In this document: positions 14,901 through 27,073 of the stretch, in pieces | How positions within the stretch are numbered: the stretch's first letter is position 1 | Layout: every line of letters begins with the position of its first letter | Assembly: GCF_902652985.1 (NCBI RefSeq) | Contig: NC_047020.1 | Location: forward strand, 33,108,001-33,172,000 | Source of the DNA: Pecten maximus | Lineage: Eukaryota | Direction of reading: 5' to 3' | DNA length: 64,000 nucleotides | The notes under the pieces: model-generated | Seen by the model: the letters and a program-made list of their open reading frames with translations, nothing else | The model's database searches: none | Told to the model about the DNA's origin: nothing | Position numbers and translations under genes: made by a program

Positions 14901-17689
14901 TTTAAGGCTTACATTGATGTCATTCTGTGATTACTGTGATTATCCTTACACTTCCAATCCTTTACACAAGCTGATCAATTATATGTAATGATGGTCGTGT
15001 TATCTCTGTTTTTTATTTAAACAGTATCGATAATGAAGGCACATTTTATCTAAAATCCCAATATAGAAAGATAATAATAGCACTGTCCATGTGATGACAG
15101 TTTAGATGGCTGAACATGACATGCAAAATATAGAGGCAGTGCACGATATCATTTCTTCGGGACGCAGTTAATTATTCATTCACGTGAAATCGAAAAATAA
15201 GAAGCTCAAACTTTCCGAGGTAGTCGATAGCGTAAATTATGCAGGTGGTAGAATTCTATCAAAATATATCGGTTTTTCTTTCCTTTTAATTGCTTATGTA
15301 ACATCTTTAGGAATTATAAATTGTGTTTAGCTGGTGATTCAATATTTCACAATGAATTTGAATTATGTCTGGTTTTAATTTCAAATTAGTGCCAATTAAT
15401 TGGACCACGATAGATTCAAAACTTGCATACGTGTTTTGGAATGCAAAATGTTAAATACAAAGGAAAAATAGCAAGATTCTTCCTCTTGAAAAATAGCAGG
15501 ATTCTTCCTCTTAAATATTAGTGTTTGCGTTTTACTAATAAGCAATGCATTAATAAATCATTTAATTGGGAATTATTTCTATCGATTTAGTATAAATGTT
15601 CATAAAATGTTCTCTCACTTCACTGGGAATACCTTTAATGTTACTAATTTAAATTTTCCCCAGTTTAAAATCGCACCTACAAATATTGCCTTTCAATCTA
15701 CAATTTTTTAATTAATTTTTGCTCTACTATTTCCAGCTCTTTATTTATTTTGAAAGAACCTAAAATCTTACACCTTGTTTGTCTTTTTTAGAACCTTTAT
15801 TCATTGTATAATTTGCCTGGCATTTGTCATCATTTAGCTCAGCAAAGAAAGGAACAAATAAGGATATAGGCTGGCCAGACAATGCATATGGTGCTTCGAA
15901 AATCGGAGTGACTGTCATGTCTATGATACAACAACGAGAATTGTTGAAAGACACTAGACAGGATATTGTGGTGAATGCGGTAAGAAACCTTCCGTATTTA
16001 ATTTGTAAATAGATGAGCTTTGAGATATTAACACAGAATGTGACATAAACAGAAATTGTTTATAAAATCACAAATACTATACAGCCAAACTTGTCTCGCA
16101 ATTTGATAACTCCAAGAGTCTGCTTAACTCGAGTTATATTGATATAACAAGGTTAATATATACACGGAGTCATAAAAGGTCATTAAAGTTGAAATATCGG
16201 CCAGATATTAGAAATATAACCTTCTATGAAAGTTTAATAGCCGATTATGAAATTACATGTTGCATATCTCCACATTGATCAGGGTAAGCCGATGTTCAAT
16301 TTACACGCTAGATTTAATCTTCGCCCGAAATAGAAAGATATAACTTAATTGTCATAACTAAAAGAACGTCCACAAATATAGAGGAAAGGAAATGTCAGTA
16401 GTACACCTTTCGTCCGTAATGTTGTAACAACTCTTTGGTTACAACTAACACATATTCATGGCATCGAGAGATGTGATCTGGTTTGCTTTAGTATTGCTTA
16501 ACATTCAATTAACTAAGACATTTAAGTACGGCGTTCCGTGTGTGCAAGATGTATGCGTATGGTGAATATGTATGTGTGCGGGATTGCGGTATGTTCATGA
16601 TTGTCTCCTTGTGATAGAGCTAAAGTGATGCCGACTTATAGTGTAACCTCATTGAAGCATGACACAGAGTCACATCAGGACACCCCTCAGTTCACATAGT
16701 ATTGCCACAGGCAAACAAGTCGTCCCGCTCCCAAGAGTATTGAGCGCTTCAAAAGACTCAAAGGCTCACTCAAAGGGTTGAAAGACACCAAACTTAAGGC
16801 CAAAAATGAGGCGGTGTCATTGGAGACATCAGGAAAGAGAAAGTTGTTTAGAAACAAGAGAAAATATCATATTCTAAATTTAATACCTTCTCACGATCAA
16901 TTGCACCCGTTGCCCCATTGTATTTAAAGCCTTATATTTAGGTCAGATCGAGAAAATTTTGACCAGTATTACAATGCATGGTCCTAAAATCATAAAAAAA
17001 ATACGATTTGGGGTACCTTGTGAGTATCAATAAAAATGTACGAAAAACATCGCTTTAGGAATGAATAAACTACCTTGCCTTTACTTATGTATCTTCAAGA
17101 TGAAGCAGTTCTAGTTACATTTAAACAACAGATACCATTGGTAGAATTATTATTTTTACATTCTAGTGTTGTCCCGGATATGTGGATACTGACATGACAT
17201 CACACAAAGGACATAAAACTATCGATCAAGGTAATATCACCCGTAACATAGTCGTATATAAAGTAAAATAGATACCGCAAAACGGTATATATATGTATAA
17301 TTATAACGGTCAACATAGCCTTCCACGAATATCAAGTTTATTTTGAGATTTGTTTAGGTTACGTTTTATTTCACTGAGCAAAAGATATTTTTGATATGAA
17401 AATTTTAATTGGTCACAATTCCACACAATATTAACAATATTGCATTCATTTCCTCATTAATCATTGGTGAATTTATACAGTCAGTCATATCTTCAGTAGG
17501 TATGATTACACTGGTGTTGTTATATAAATCGATAAATAAATAATAAATACATGCTTTCAACATCTTTCTTAACACCAAGGTGCTGACACGCCACTGTATC
17601 TCGCCATGCTCCCTCCCAACACGACCAGTCCTAAGGGGAATTTCGTATCTGATAGGAAAATTGGAAAATGGGAGGTAACCCAAGCATGA
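11965..17689 (+). CDS. CBR1: Carbonyl reductase [NADPH] 1-like SDR, copy B (tandem duplicate of A, offset ~11.7 kb)
   Basis: Exons 11965-11991, 12457-12538, 12953-13131, 13769-13881, 14145-14276, 15838-15979, 17167-17230, 17580-17689 have the same sizes and phases as copy A. Frame is open and YGASK is intact. Upstream sequence from 11696 nearly duplicates window position 1 onward. Confidence 0.95.
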
Positions 17690-19133
17690 TGCATAATCGG
17701 AAGATTGCACTGGATGTCATATCATGTACGTGTCCACTCCGACATCAGGTGTAATTAGTTTACACGGAATATCTCAAGGAAGTCACAATGATCTTTGTGG
17801 GCCTAGTCACAGATCACATTAATATCGAAATACTATTATTTATATCATTTGAAATAAATAAGGGTATTTAAACCACTTTCGTTTGTTTGTTATTGTTATT
17901 TACTGATACTTTAAGAGAAATACTCTATATGTATTTCTTTTAAATAATGTACCTCGAGAGCGAAACAGATTAACTATCGAAATCGTCATCTAAACGTACA
18001 GATTATTTTATGGAGCAAAAAAGTAATCTCATATTTTCAAAACACAAAGTGATAGCACAAGTACAATATGAAGAAACGAAAGCTCTATATCTGGAAATAG
18101 CGTCCAGATATTCTTTGGGTTGTTTGTAGTTACATATATTATCTATCGACGGCAGCTGCGCGAAGAGCGTTCCTGCTACATTTCAATTCAATTTAGTTCA
18201 GTTCAGTTCAATTTACGTTTGAAATATCATAATTTTCATTATATATAAAAGCATATTACAATTCAATTTACAGTTTATATATAAAAAATGAAAACTATTT
18301 GAAGAAAAATAGACAATATCATTCTGAGGAAAATTGATTGAAAAGAAAGACATCTGTTCACTTCATAATCAATAGTAATTCTTACACTTACAAAAACATG
18401 TAAGAATACCTGAACACCATATTAGATAAATCGAGGACAAAATTTGCACCGAAATCATTTAAAATGTAATAAGACCATGTGTTCCGACATTAGAATATTT
18501 TGCGCTCCATTCACCATACCAATCACATTCTCAAAGTGAGAACTAGGGGGGAGGGGGGGGGGGGGGGGGGGGCAAAGGAACCACAAGGACACCTCTGACT
18601 TTATATCGCATTAAGAAATATAACTTTTCATAGGTCGGCCACTTTTGGACTAGTATATATGCAAGCGATACGTTACACCAACCAGTTGATCTACCATGGT
18701 GTAACCATGAATGGAAGTAAACGTGTGGTCGTGGTAAAAAAAAGATCAACTAAACTGACCAGTTTAACATACGCTAAAACGAACTCAGTCAATCAGATTA
18801 ATTTGTATCATAGTTTTTATTGAATAAATATATCATATTTTTTATTGAATAAATATATTATTATATACACAATGACATTGATAAAAACAAAACATATCTC
18901 AGCTATTTAAGTTAAGTATTCAGCATAAGTTTCATCAGCTCAGTTTAACGTATAAGGACAGCGTATTTTCCATTTTGCATTTTAAAGTAAAATTCAACTG
19001 ATATCTTTCATATTTCTTCCTATAAGCAACGTGATAGAGATGCCTCCCTTCTTCCATTGTGATGATAGTTGTTGTGGTTTTCGCTTCCCAGTTAACATCT
19101 TAAACATATTTCTCCTTTCTGTAGTGATTGCAT

Positions 19134-22100
19134 TTACAACTTGGTACTTTTTGCCTTCCAGTTGACGATTTGTTTTTCCGATATGAACTTGCCGTTTGGA
19201 TTCGTCGTGTTTGGTGGCAACATTGCCAGGTAGAGTGGCGTCTCTGCTCCTAAAAACACACGTGCCTCTTTTTGGTGTGACTTCTAATTCAAATATCAAT
19301 GTCTACACATCATATTTCGTTCTTGAAATGTTGCTTGGAAACAACAGATAATTAGGTAACATAAAGAATATGCGTAAGAATTATAGCATTTTAACTGCTG
19401 ATTCCTTCAGTATGTAATAATGTAATGTAATAATTTCAGTTTTCACAATACTATATTTACCTTGGTCAATAGTCTTAAATCCCTGTTGTCCGGTCAGATC
19501 TGTTACCACGTATCCAGGACAAACCTAAAACGCAGGCACAGATTTTTTCCCTAAAGTACCGTTCAAGTAATGGTGTGCAAATTTTTGTTGGTGTGCTTTA
19601 TTTTGAATAATTCAAATCTTTTCAAGTATTTTGCTTTGTGGTCTTCCATTGAATAAGTTTTGATGTGGTGATAAATTTTAGAAACGTATCTTTGTCAGTA
19701 TTTGTTTGTAAGTTTGTTTGTTGAAACCGACCTAAACTCATTAATAACATAATGTTCAAAACCAAAGAATACTTTATAATTCGCGTTCCACGTGAGGAGT
19801 TTAATGTCACTTTCACAAAAACCTAAAATATCTCCAAAAAATACCATATAAGCTTATAAGCAAAGCTAATGACAACTTGAATCTCTTACCGCGTTGACCA
19901 CTATATCCGGTCTAGAATCTTTCTTCAGTTCTCGCTGTTGTATGAAGGATATGACTGTCGCCCCTATCTTAGACACGCCATAACCGCTGGTGTATTTACC
20001 AGTAGGCCAACCATTCGCGCCATGAGTCCCCATTTTGATGCAACTAGAAAAAAATGAATAAAAACTCATTAAAGTGATATTGATGACACATTTCCCTACC
20101 TTTTTGTCATATAAGGCGTCACCTCTATCCTCGGGCTTCGATCCCCGTATTCAACGTCAGAAAGACAATATGTGTCATTGCTAAGAATCCAGTAAGATAT
20201 TTAATACATACCACCCTTAATCTGTCCTCTTTTATAAGCATCTAGATCTTTATAGACTCTCAAATCAGTTAATTATTTTAGGTGCTCTCTCTTGATATTA
20301 TTTTAGCTTAACTCCGTTCACGTGTATAATATCAAATACCAAAATGTACCGGGGGAGGGGGGATTTGGCGGTATTATAATACATACACCAAGATTGACTC
20401 TTTTTGACATGCTTTTACTTCGTTTTGCCCTCGTGTATAATACTAACTACCAAAATGTAACGGAGGACATTAAAATACATACATTTAGCTGACTCTAAAT
20501 GATATGTTCAAATTGTTTTAAGCCTATATTATGGCGAGTGTTCGAGTTTAATAATTGTCATCAAACATCAAGCGTATACTTCAATAAACTGTATTTTTGC
20601 TGTAACTTAAAGTTACGCCATCTTAATTTATGTAATTTGTGTAAAAGAATATGTCAATTATGTCTATACATTCTCAGCAATGAAGTACAAAGCATTATCC
20701 ATATAATCATTCAAACCATTATTAACAAGCAAACTGAGTATTTGCATTGCCCTACCAAAATGATATGGCATGACCCTGAAACTGACACTGTCCGAGGTAT
20801 TATGGTTCGTCATTAGTATGTGTTGTTTGATGAAAACCTTAAAGGAATAAAGCTGCTTCAGTGTTGATACTGAATATTCTAAAAAAATTGTAAATGTGAC
20901 CTTGACCTTGAACCAAGAATCATGAAATTGGAACATATCAATATAATGATCCTTTGAAATTGTCTGAAGTTTGATGAAAATCCCTCAAGGAATGAAGACG
21001 CTAGAGCTCCAAGAATTTATTTTTGTTTTTTTGTTTTTTTTGAGAAATAGTAAAGTTGATCTTGATCTTGACCTTGACCCTGCAATTCTGAAACTCAAAT
21101 TTGTCCGAGATATTATTATAATGATAACCTTATCCTAACAAGCTTGAAACTAAAAAGTTCGACGATACATTAGGACCCTCTATTATTGTGTGAAGTAGGA
21201 TAAAAATGTCTCAAGGAATTACGCCGATAGAGGGCCGACAAGGATTTCTTAAAAAAGTATTAGTGACCTTGACCTGACCCCGAAACTCGAACTTGTCCGA
21301 CGAGATATTATGGCCCTTTATTAATATGTTAAAATTTGATCTAAATTCTTATAGGAATGACGCCGCAATCTCTGGGTTGCGTACATACGTGCAAACGTAC
21401 ATGCGTACTACGTAAGAGACAAACGGAGGAAAAAACTATACCTCCCCCTCTCCCAAATACATACACCACACACACGCTACATCCCCACCCCACCCCAACA
21501 TGTTACCTGATACGGGTCAAAATATGGTAACTTAGACTAAGGTCATCGCTTTAACATTGGGACAAAATAATGATAATGCTATACTATGGACATATCATCA
21601 AGGAAAACGATTACTATTTTTGGGGATCAAGCAGGATGTTTTCTTACAACGGAAACACTAAAATATTATTGGCATCTACAACTAATGACGGGGTAACTGC
21701 TTATCTACAATTTATTTTAAAATACGTACTCTACAAATTGTTGCATCAGAATCTTGAGCTCTTCCTGACTGATGTTTTCATCTTTGAATCTGTGTTGGAG
21801 TTCATCACTGCATTTGAGTAAAGACGCAAATGACAGCATACTGGATATATTCACTACCCTGAAATCAAACATTTTCAGTTTTATAACATAATCGGCCTTT
21901 TATTCAGAAATTTCGCCCAATCAGCTGTTAAAATCCACGTACTACAACTAATAGATTCATTTTCTAAACATCCTGCAGTCAACACTTATTTGCGTGAATT
22001 TGGCGTATTTCAAAAAATCCCTTATTTATTTTCTCGTCATATTTAATGCCAAAGATAATAACAAAATCAAATCCCCAACGAATATTACCAACTACACCGT

Positions 22101-25100
22101 ATACACTGAACTGAGGTTTATTTGTATGACACTTTATCCTATATATATCATATATACATACAGGGAATCTAACAGTGTTTTCAGTAATGCAGGATATATT
22201 TCACGAATGGGCCTAATATTTGATATTTTAACGGAACGCAACCCGAATGAAAAACATCAAATTATTAGCCTTACTCGTGAAATATATCTGGGATTACTGA
22301 AGATACTGTTAGATATTCTGTTTATTACATGTTTATAGCAAAATAAACCGGGTCAGTTTTAGATATTCCCTATTGCCGTTTGTAAGCAATGTTTTGATTG
22401 GCCAAATCAGAAAAGTGAAATTTTTCACAAGTAGATAATATCACTTTTATAGAATGAATAATTTTCTATATTTAACTGGAAAAATGTAATAAATTGTGAT
22501 ATTAATATCTTGTTGATTTCAATATAAAGATGCTGTCATTTAACCAGAACATAAAGTTCCAAAATTCATACTTTGTATATGACTACATATATATGACACT
22601 GTGGTATTGGGTCAGGATCGACTGGACATGTCAATATCCTAATCAAAAACGTCATTTTGAAAATAGTGTTCGGTCAAGTTTAGTTTTCATAAGCGAACAT
22701 CATTGTCAGGAAAAAATAAGTGATTTATTTTGTAAAAACAAAAAATATATCCATATATATAAGATTTATACAATATGTAATGCTATTCTATATATACGCA
22801 TATTAACTCGTTCTATCAGACTTTTCCTGTAATCTATAAGTGATTTTTGTGTGAAAGTATGCTAGTGTAACTTCCAACTGCTTAAAAACCAGAACAGAGT
22901 TCGGCTTATCGTTACTTACCTAGCATGTGGACGTAACAAGGGGAAGAGGGCCTCGGATGTATCACATAGACCCGTAAAGTTCAGTTTATCTTTACTTATA
23001 TAATTACCTACCATGTGGACGTAACAAGGGGAAGAGGGCCTCGGATGTATCACATAGACCCGTAAAGTTCAGTTTATCTTTACTTACCTACCATGTGGAC
23101 GTAACAAGGGGAAGAGGGCCTCGGATATATCACATAGACCCGTAAAGTTCAGCTTATCTTTACTTACCTAGCATGTGGACGTAACAATGGGAAGAGGGCC
23201 TCAGATACATCACATAGACCCGTAAAGTTGGTACGTACAATGGATTCTGCTTGAGTGCCGTCCTGAGCTGCAGAATTTGCCTAGAAAGACGGAAACATCC
23301 ACTTTGATTAAAACCTCAGATTATAATTAGGGTCAAGTTTGAATATCACTGCATTATCGGATGGATATATAGCTACATTTGAGCTTTAAACACAAGCTCT
23401 GCAAGTTGGAAACTCGTGTCTTTATCCATAGTCCATTGGGGTTCCAGTCGTAGTTGTAATTCGATGAAATGTTATCTTAATCAGTTTTACATAAATTGCA
23501 AGTTAAGTTTTGTCAATCTTCCCATGTCCGTCCGGAGAATCCGACCCCTGTCCGGTTTCCTAAGCGAAATGCAAGTATGTTATCACATTAACGTCCAACC
23601 ACCCTAGTTACTTTACAAATACAGACTTTGGTTGAGGGCAATTCATGGTTTTACAGACCTGACCTAGACATTATTACCCGAAGCCGAAGGCCAAGGGGGG
23701 GGGGGGGGGGGTAGTTCAGGGCAGGTCCGTAAAACCATATATTATCCAAAAATACCTCATCACATCAGCGGGAGGTCAATCTAAAGTTTTGCCAGGTTCG
23801 TGGAATGTTATATATTAACCCCTGCTTAAAATACATCTCAAGACACATGGCATAATTTTTATTTTAGCCGGAGTCAATATAAGATTCCATGGACCCGAAA
23901 AAACATTATATTGACTCCTCGGTGATGTCATGGGGTATTTCCAGGGAAATAATTAATGTCATGTGATCTCATTAGGACCAATGAGTGATAGTGTTACATA
24001 TCAATCATATAATAAATGTAAATATTGACCTGTGTTGTGTCAATCAAACTAAAGATTGATCTCTACATAAAATACGATCTAATATCTAAACCTTTGATCT
24101 TGGAAAAATGAATACACATTTTCGGGTGGTCGGGCGGCACAGTGGTAACACACTTGCCTTTCACCTATGCGGCCGGGGTTCGATTCCCCGATCGAACGTG
24201 AAAAGGTATGGGGTCACCTGCCCGACCACGTGGGTTTTCGTCGGGTACTCCGGTTTCCTCCCAGAGTAAGAATCTTGCGCGCTTCAACCCGGGCCAACAA
24301 GAGTGATTGATATAAGCTGATAATGATTATAACTTGTTTCGCAATTGTTGTAAAATAAATAAAATTTACATTAAATATATAATACACATGTATGCTAAAA
24401 TACAACACTATGTAATAGCTGAGAGGTGAGTTTGGGAACTCCCTTAATAAATCACATTCTCGGTGAAGAATATAGCAACACGTGTTTCCAGTTCAAAGTC
24501 GTTGTATTAACCGGCAAATCTATCTTATTAACCTAACGATTTTCAATAAATGGAAATAACTCGTTTATAATAGGAGCTCAATTATCTCCCTCGTCACCCC
24601 AACACCAATTCACATAGATACACACCAACCATGATTTTATAACCACATCATATAGTGAAAATATGATACATCTTCTGTAAGGAGGATTAATATAATGATA
24701 AGACGACCTCCGTAAAGACCGGATTTTGGTTTTATCAAATATAAGCTACTTAGCAAGTAATTTTCATCTGCGTTTACATTGATTAAAGAAAAATGAAACT
24801 ATGTATTTGAGATTAAATTTGATTGTTTAAAAAGAAACTTACCTCAATAAAGATCCCTGCGTTGTTGACCAGTATGTCCAGTCCACCGTAGGTGTCTTTG
24901 AGAAATGACCGCAGCTTGGCAATAGTATCTGGTTTTGTGACGTCCAACTGGTGAAACTTAGGACTTAGCCCTTCCTTATTCAGGTCCTGGACCGCCTGGA
25001 GTCCGAGACTTTTATCTCGAGCTGTCAGGAAAACGGCACATGCTTACATTTTTAAAGCTAGGAAGGACTTTCATACAATAAAGCTTAATCTAATTCCCAA

Positions 25101-27073
25101 GTTTGGAAACAAACACTGTGTATATTATGATCCAGGAGTTGGCGACTGTATTCAGTCAATATGCATCTGGTTATAAACTGTGAACGAAGGCGGATATACT
25201 GTCTAGAAGGAACGGAAATAGGTAGATATTGTACCGAAAATGGCAGATAATCTGGATTATCTTCAGAAAACAATTATCTGCAAGGAGCATTGTTTTGCTG
25301 AGGATGAAATATGTAGGTTCGATTATATACTGAGAATGAGGGTATGCTAAAATAGATATGACTGGATTATCTACAATGAACAAAGGTTGCTACATTACCT
25401 ACTGGGAATGCATCGGGTTGATAATCTACCGTGTACGAAGGAGGATAAAGTATCTACTATCAATGACTGTGGATACATTATATACTAATATTGGAAATGT
25501 ATTATAAGGTGTCTAGAATATGGAGTTTAGTGTTAAACATTTTGAAAAGTTCGTAAAGACACATCATTTTATACTTTATCGTTAATTGTTTAAACATTTG
25601 CATTGTGATTTCACTAGTTGTAACAAAGAAAATAAATTGAGTTTCGCATTCTTTTCGTAATGTCAACACTAAATTTTGTTTTTTTGTTTTTTTGTTTTTG
25701 TGGAACAAATGTGAAATCCCTACAACTTTGGTGTAAATTCTGATTATCTGATGTGAATTTCGAAACGCTTGATATCTCTAGCCCTCCACCTCTGGGTTGC
25801 GAGTTCGAAACCTACGTGGGGCAGTTGCAAGGTACTGACAGTTGACCGATGGCTTTTCTCCGGGAACTCCGGCTTTCCTCCACCTCCAAAACCTGGCACG
25901 TCCTTTAATGACACTGGCTGTTAATAGGACGTTAAACAAAATAAACCCAAATCCAATTCATACTAACCTGTAAGGTACACGTCCCCGTCAAACTGTTTAC
26001 ACAGGCCCCGTACAATGGCATACCCAATACCTTTGTTGGATCCAGTTACCTAAAAGACAAAATAACAATGTTTATTTCGGTTGAAGCTGTTAGAGTTCTC
26101 TCTCATCATTTTCGTCTATCCAGCAGAAGAGAGTCCCTATTCATGAACGCTTGGTCAAGTATGCTCGCTGAACGTTTCTATTCCGGGAAGCCTGATTAAG
26201 TATGTATGATGTTTGTTTCTCTTCCGGATCGAACACCTGGTCAAGTATGTTAATTTTGACGTACTTTTTCAAGAATATAGTTGTTAATCTAGTTTCCATA
26301 TTATTTCGATTTGGAGTTAGAAATAGGATAAGTTTTGTAAAATTAAAACAATGCGTGTGAAAAAGGCGTAAATGGAACGAAGCTGGATGTCGTATGCAAT
26401 GAGAATGTGTGATATTACGAATAAGAACATTACAATATACTTCCCCTTTCTTATTTTTCCGTTCCATCTTTCTTTCTTGTCATTGTATGACTATTTGTGT
26501 TATCGCATTGTTGTAAAATTGATGAATGAATCTTTGTTTGTTTGTTTGTTTTTGTTTAACGTCCTATTAACAGCCAGGGTCATTTAAGGACGTGCCAGGT
26601 TTTGGAGGTGGAGGAAAGCCGGAGTACCCGGAGAAAAAACACCGGCCTACGGTCAGTACCTGGCAACTGCCCCACGTAGGTTTCGAACTCGCAACCCAGA
26701 GGTGGAGGGCTAGTGTTAAAGTGTCGGGACACCTTAACCACTCGGCCACCGCGGCCCCTGAATGAATCTAAGCAGAACTAACACGAACCCAAACATGTCA
26801 CATGTCCAGTTTGAAGTATATAGATATAAACATCACCTATCATAGCCGTACTTTGTACATAAGTATATACTTAAACTTTTATCTACCGTACGCCCAGAAC
26901 ATAATTATTTAACAGTGTCTGTTGCTCAATAACAATAAACAATAGGTAACTGTTTATATCAAATATATACATCTCCACATTATGTTAATTCTTTGTAACA
27001 TTTTGTAAAACATGCCCCATTAATTCCCTAATAGCTCCTTCAAGCTTACCACAGCCACCCGCTTGTTTTCCAT
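19134..27073 (-). CDS. CBR1: Carbonyl reductase-like SDR, divergent copy C (convergent with copy B)
   Basis: Exons (minus) 27073-27050, 26049-25968, 25021-24843, 23280-23168, 21858-21730, 20043-19890, 19524-19461, 19249-19134, with the same intron positions as A and B. MENKRVAV-VTGSNKGIG, LVNNAGI, VVNISS, YGVSK, VCPGYVVTDL; ends WKAKSTKL*. Minus-strand AATAAA near 18826-18846. Confidence 0.93.
20890..21360. repeat. Degenerate TGACCTTGACCTT-containing satellite (Helitron/Helentron-associated type) in CBR-C intron
   Basis: Three related units, each with (TGACCT)n, AACTCGAACTTGTCC-like and AAGGAATGA motifs. Confidence 0.6.
22171..22495. mobile_element. Palindromic non-autonomous repeat (~60-bp inverted arms)
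   Basis: AACAGTGTTTTCAGTAAT...GATATATTTCACGA pairs imperfectly with TCGTGAAATATATC...ATTACTGAAGATACTGTT (ends 22310). Family not assignable by eye; possibly Crypton-like. Confidence 0.5.
22906..23229 (-). repeat. 80-bp minisatellite derived from the 3' half of CBR-C exon 4 plus its splice donor (4 units)
   Basis: Units recur at 22921, 23009, 23089 and 23169; the last is the real exon end. Confidence 0.92.
23640..23930. mobile_element. Double-hairpin non-autonomous repeat
   Basis: ATGGTTTTACAGACCTG pairs with CAGGTCCGTAAAACCAT around a CCGAAGCCGAAGG core. A second imperfect inverted pair spans ~23772-23920. Confidence 0.45.
24120..24380 (+). mobile_element. tRNA-derived SINE (V-domain-like)
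   Basis: A box (GGCACAGTGG), B box (GGTTCGATTCC), central CGGGTACTCCGGTTTCCTCCC, A-rich tail. Flanking direct repeat AATACACAT (24111-24119, 24381-24389). Confidence 0.8.
25778..25947 (+). mobile_element. 5'-truncated tRNA-derived SINE, same family as 26534-26758
   Basis: Near-identical reverse complement of 26534-26713; ends GCTGTTAATAGGACGTTAAACAAAA. Confidence 0.88.
26534..26758 (-). mobile_element. Full-length tRNA-derived SINE (V-domain-like)
   Basis: Minus strand begins GGGGCCGCGGTGGCCGAGTGGTTAAGG (A box), then GTTCGAAAC (B box), CCGGGTACTCCGGCTTTCCTCC and an (AAAC)n tail. 11-bp TSD TGAATGAATCT. Confidence 0.92.
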
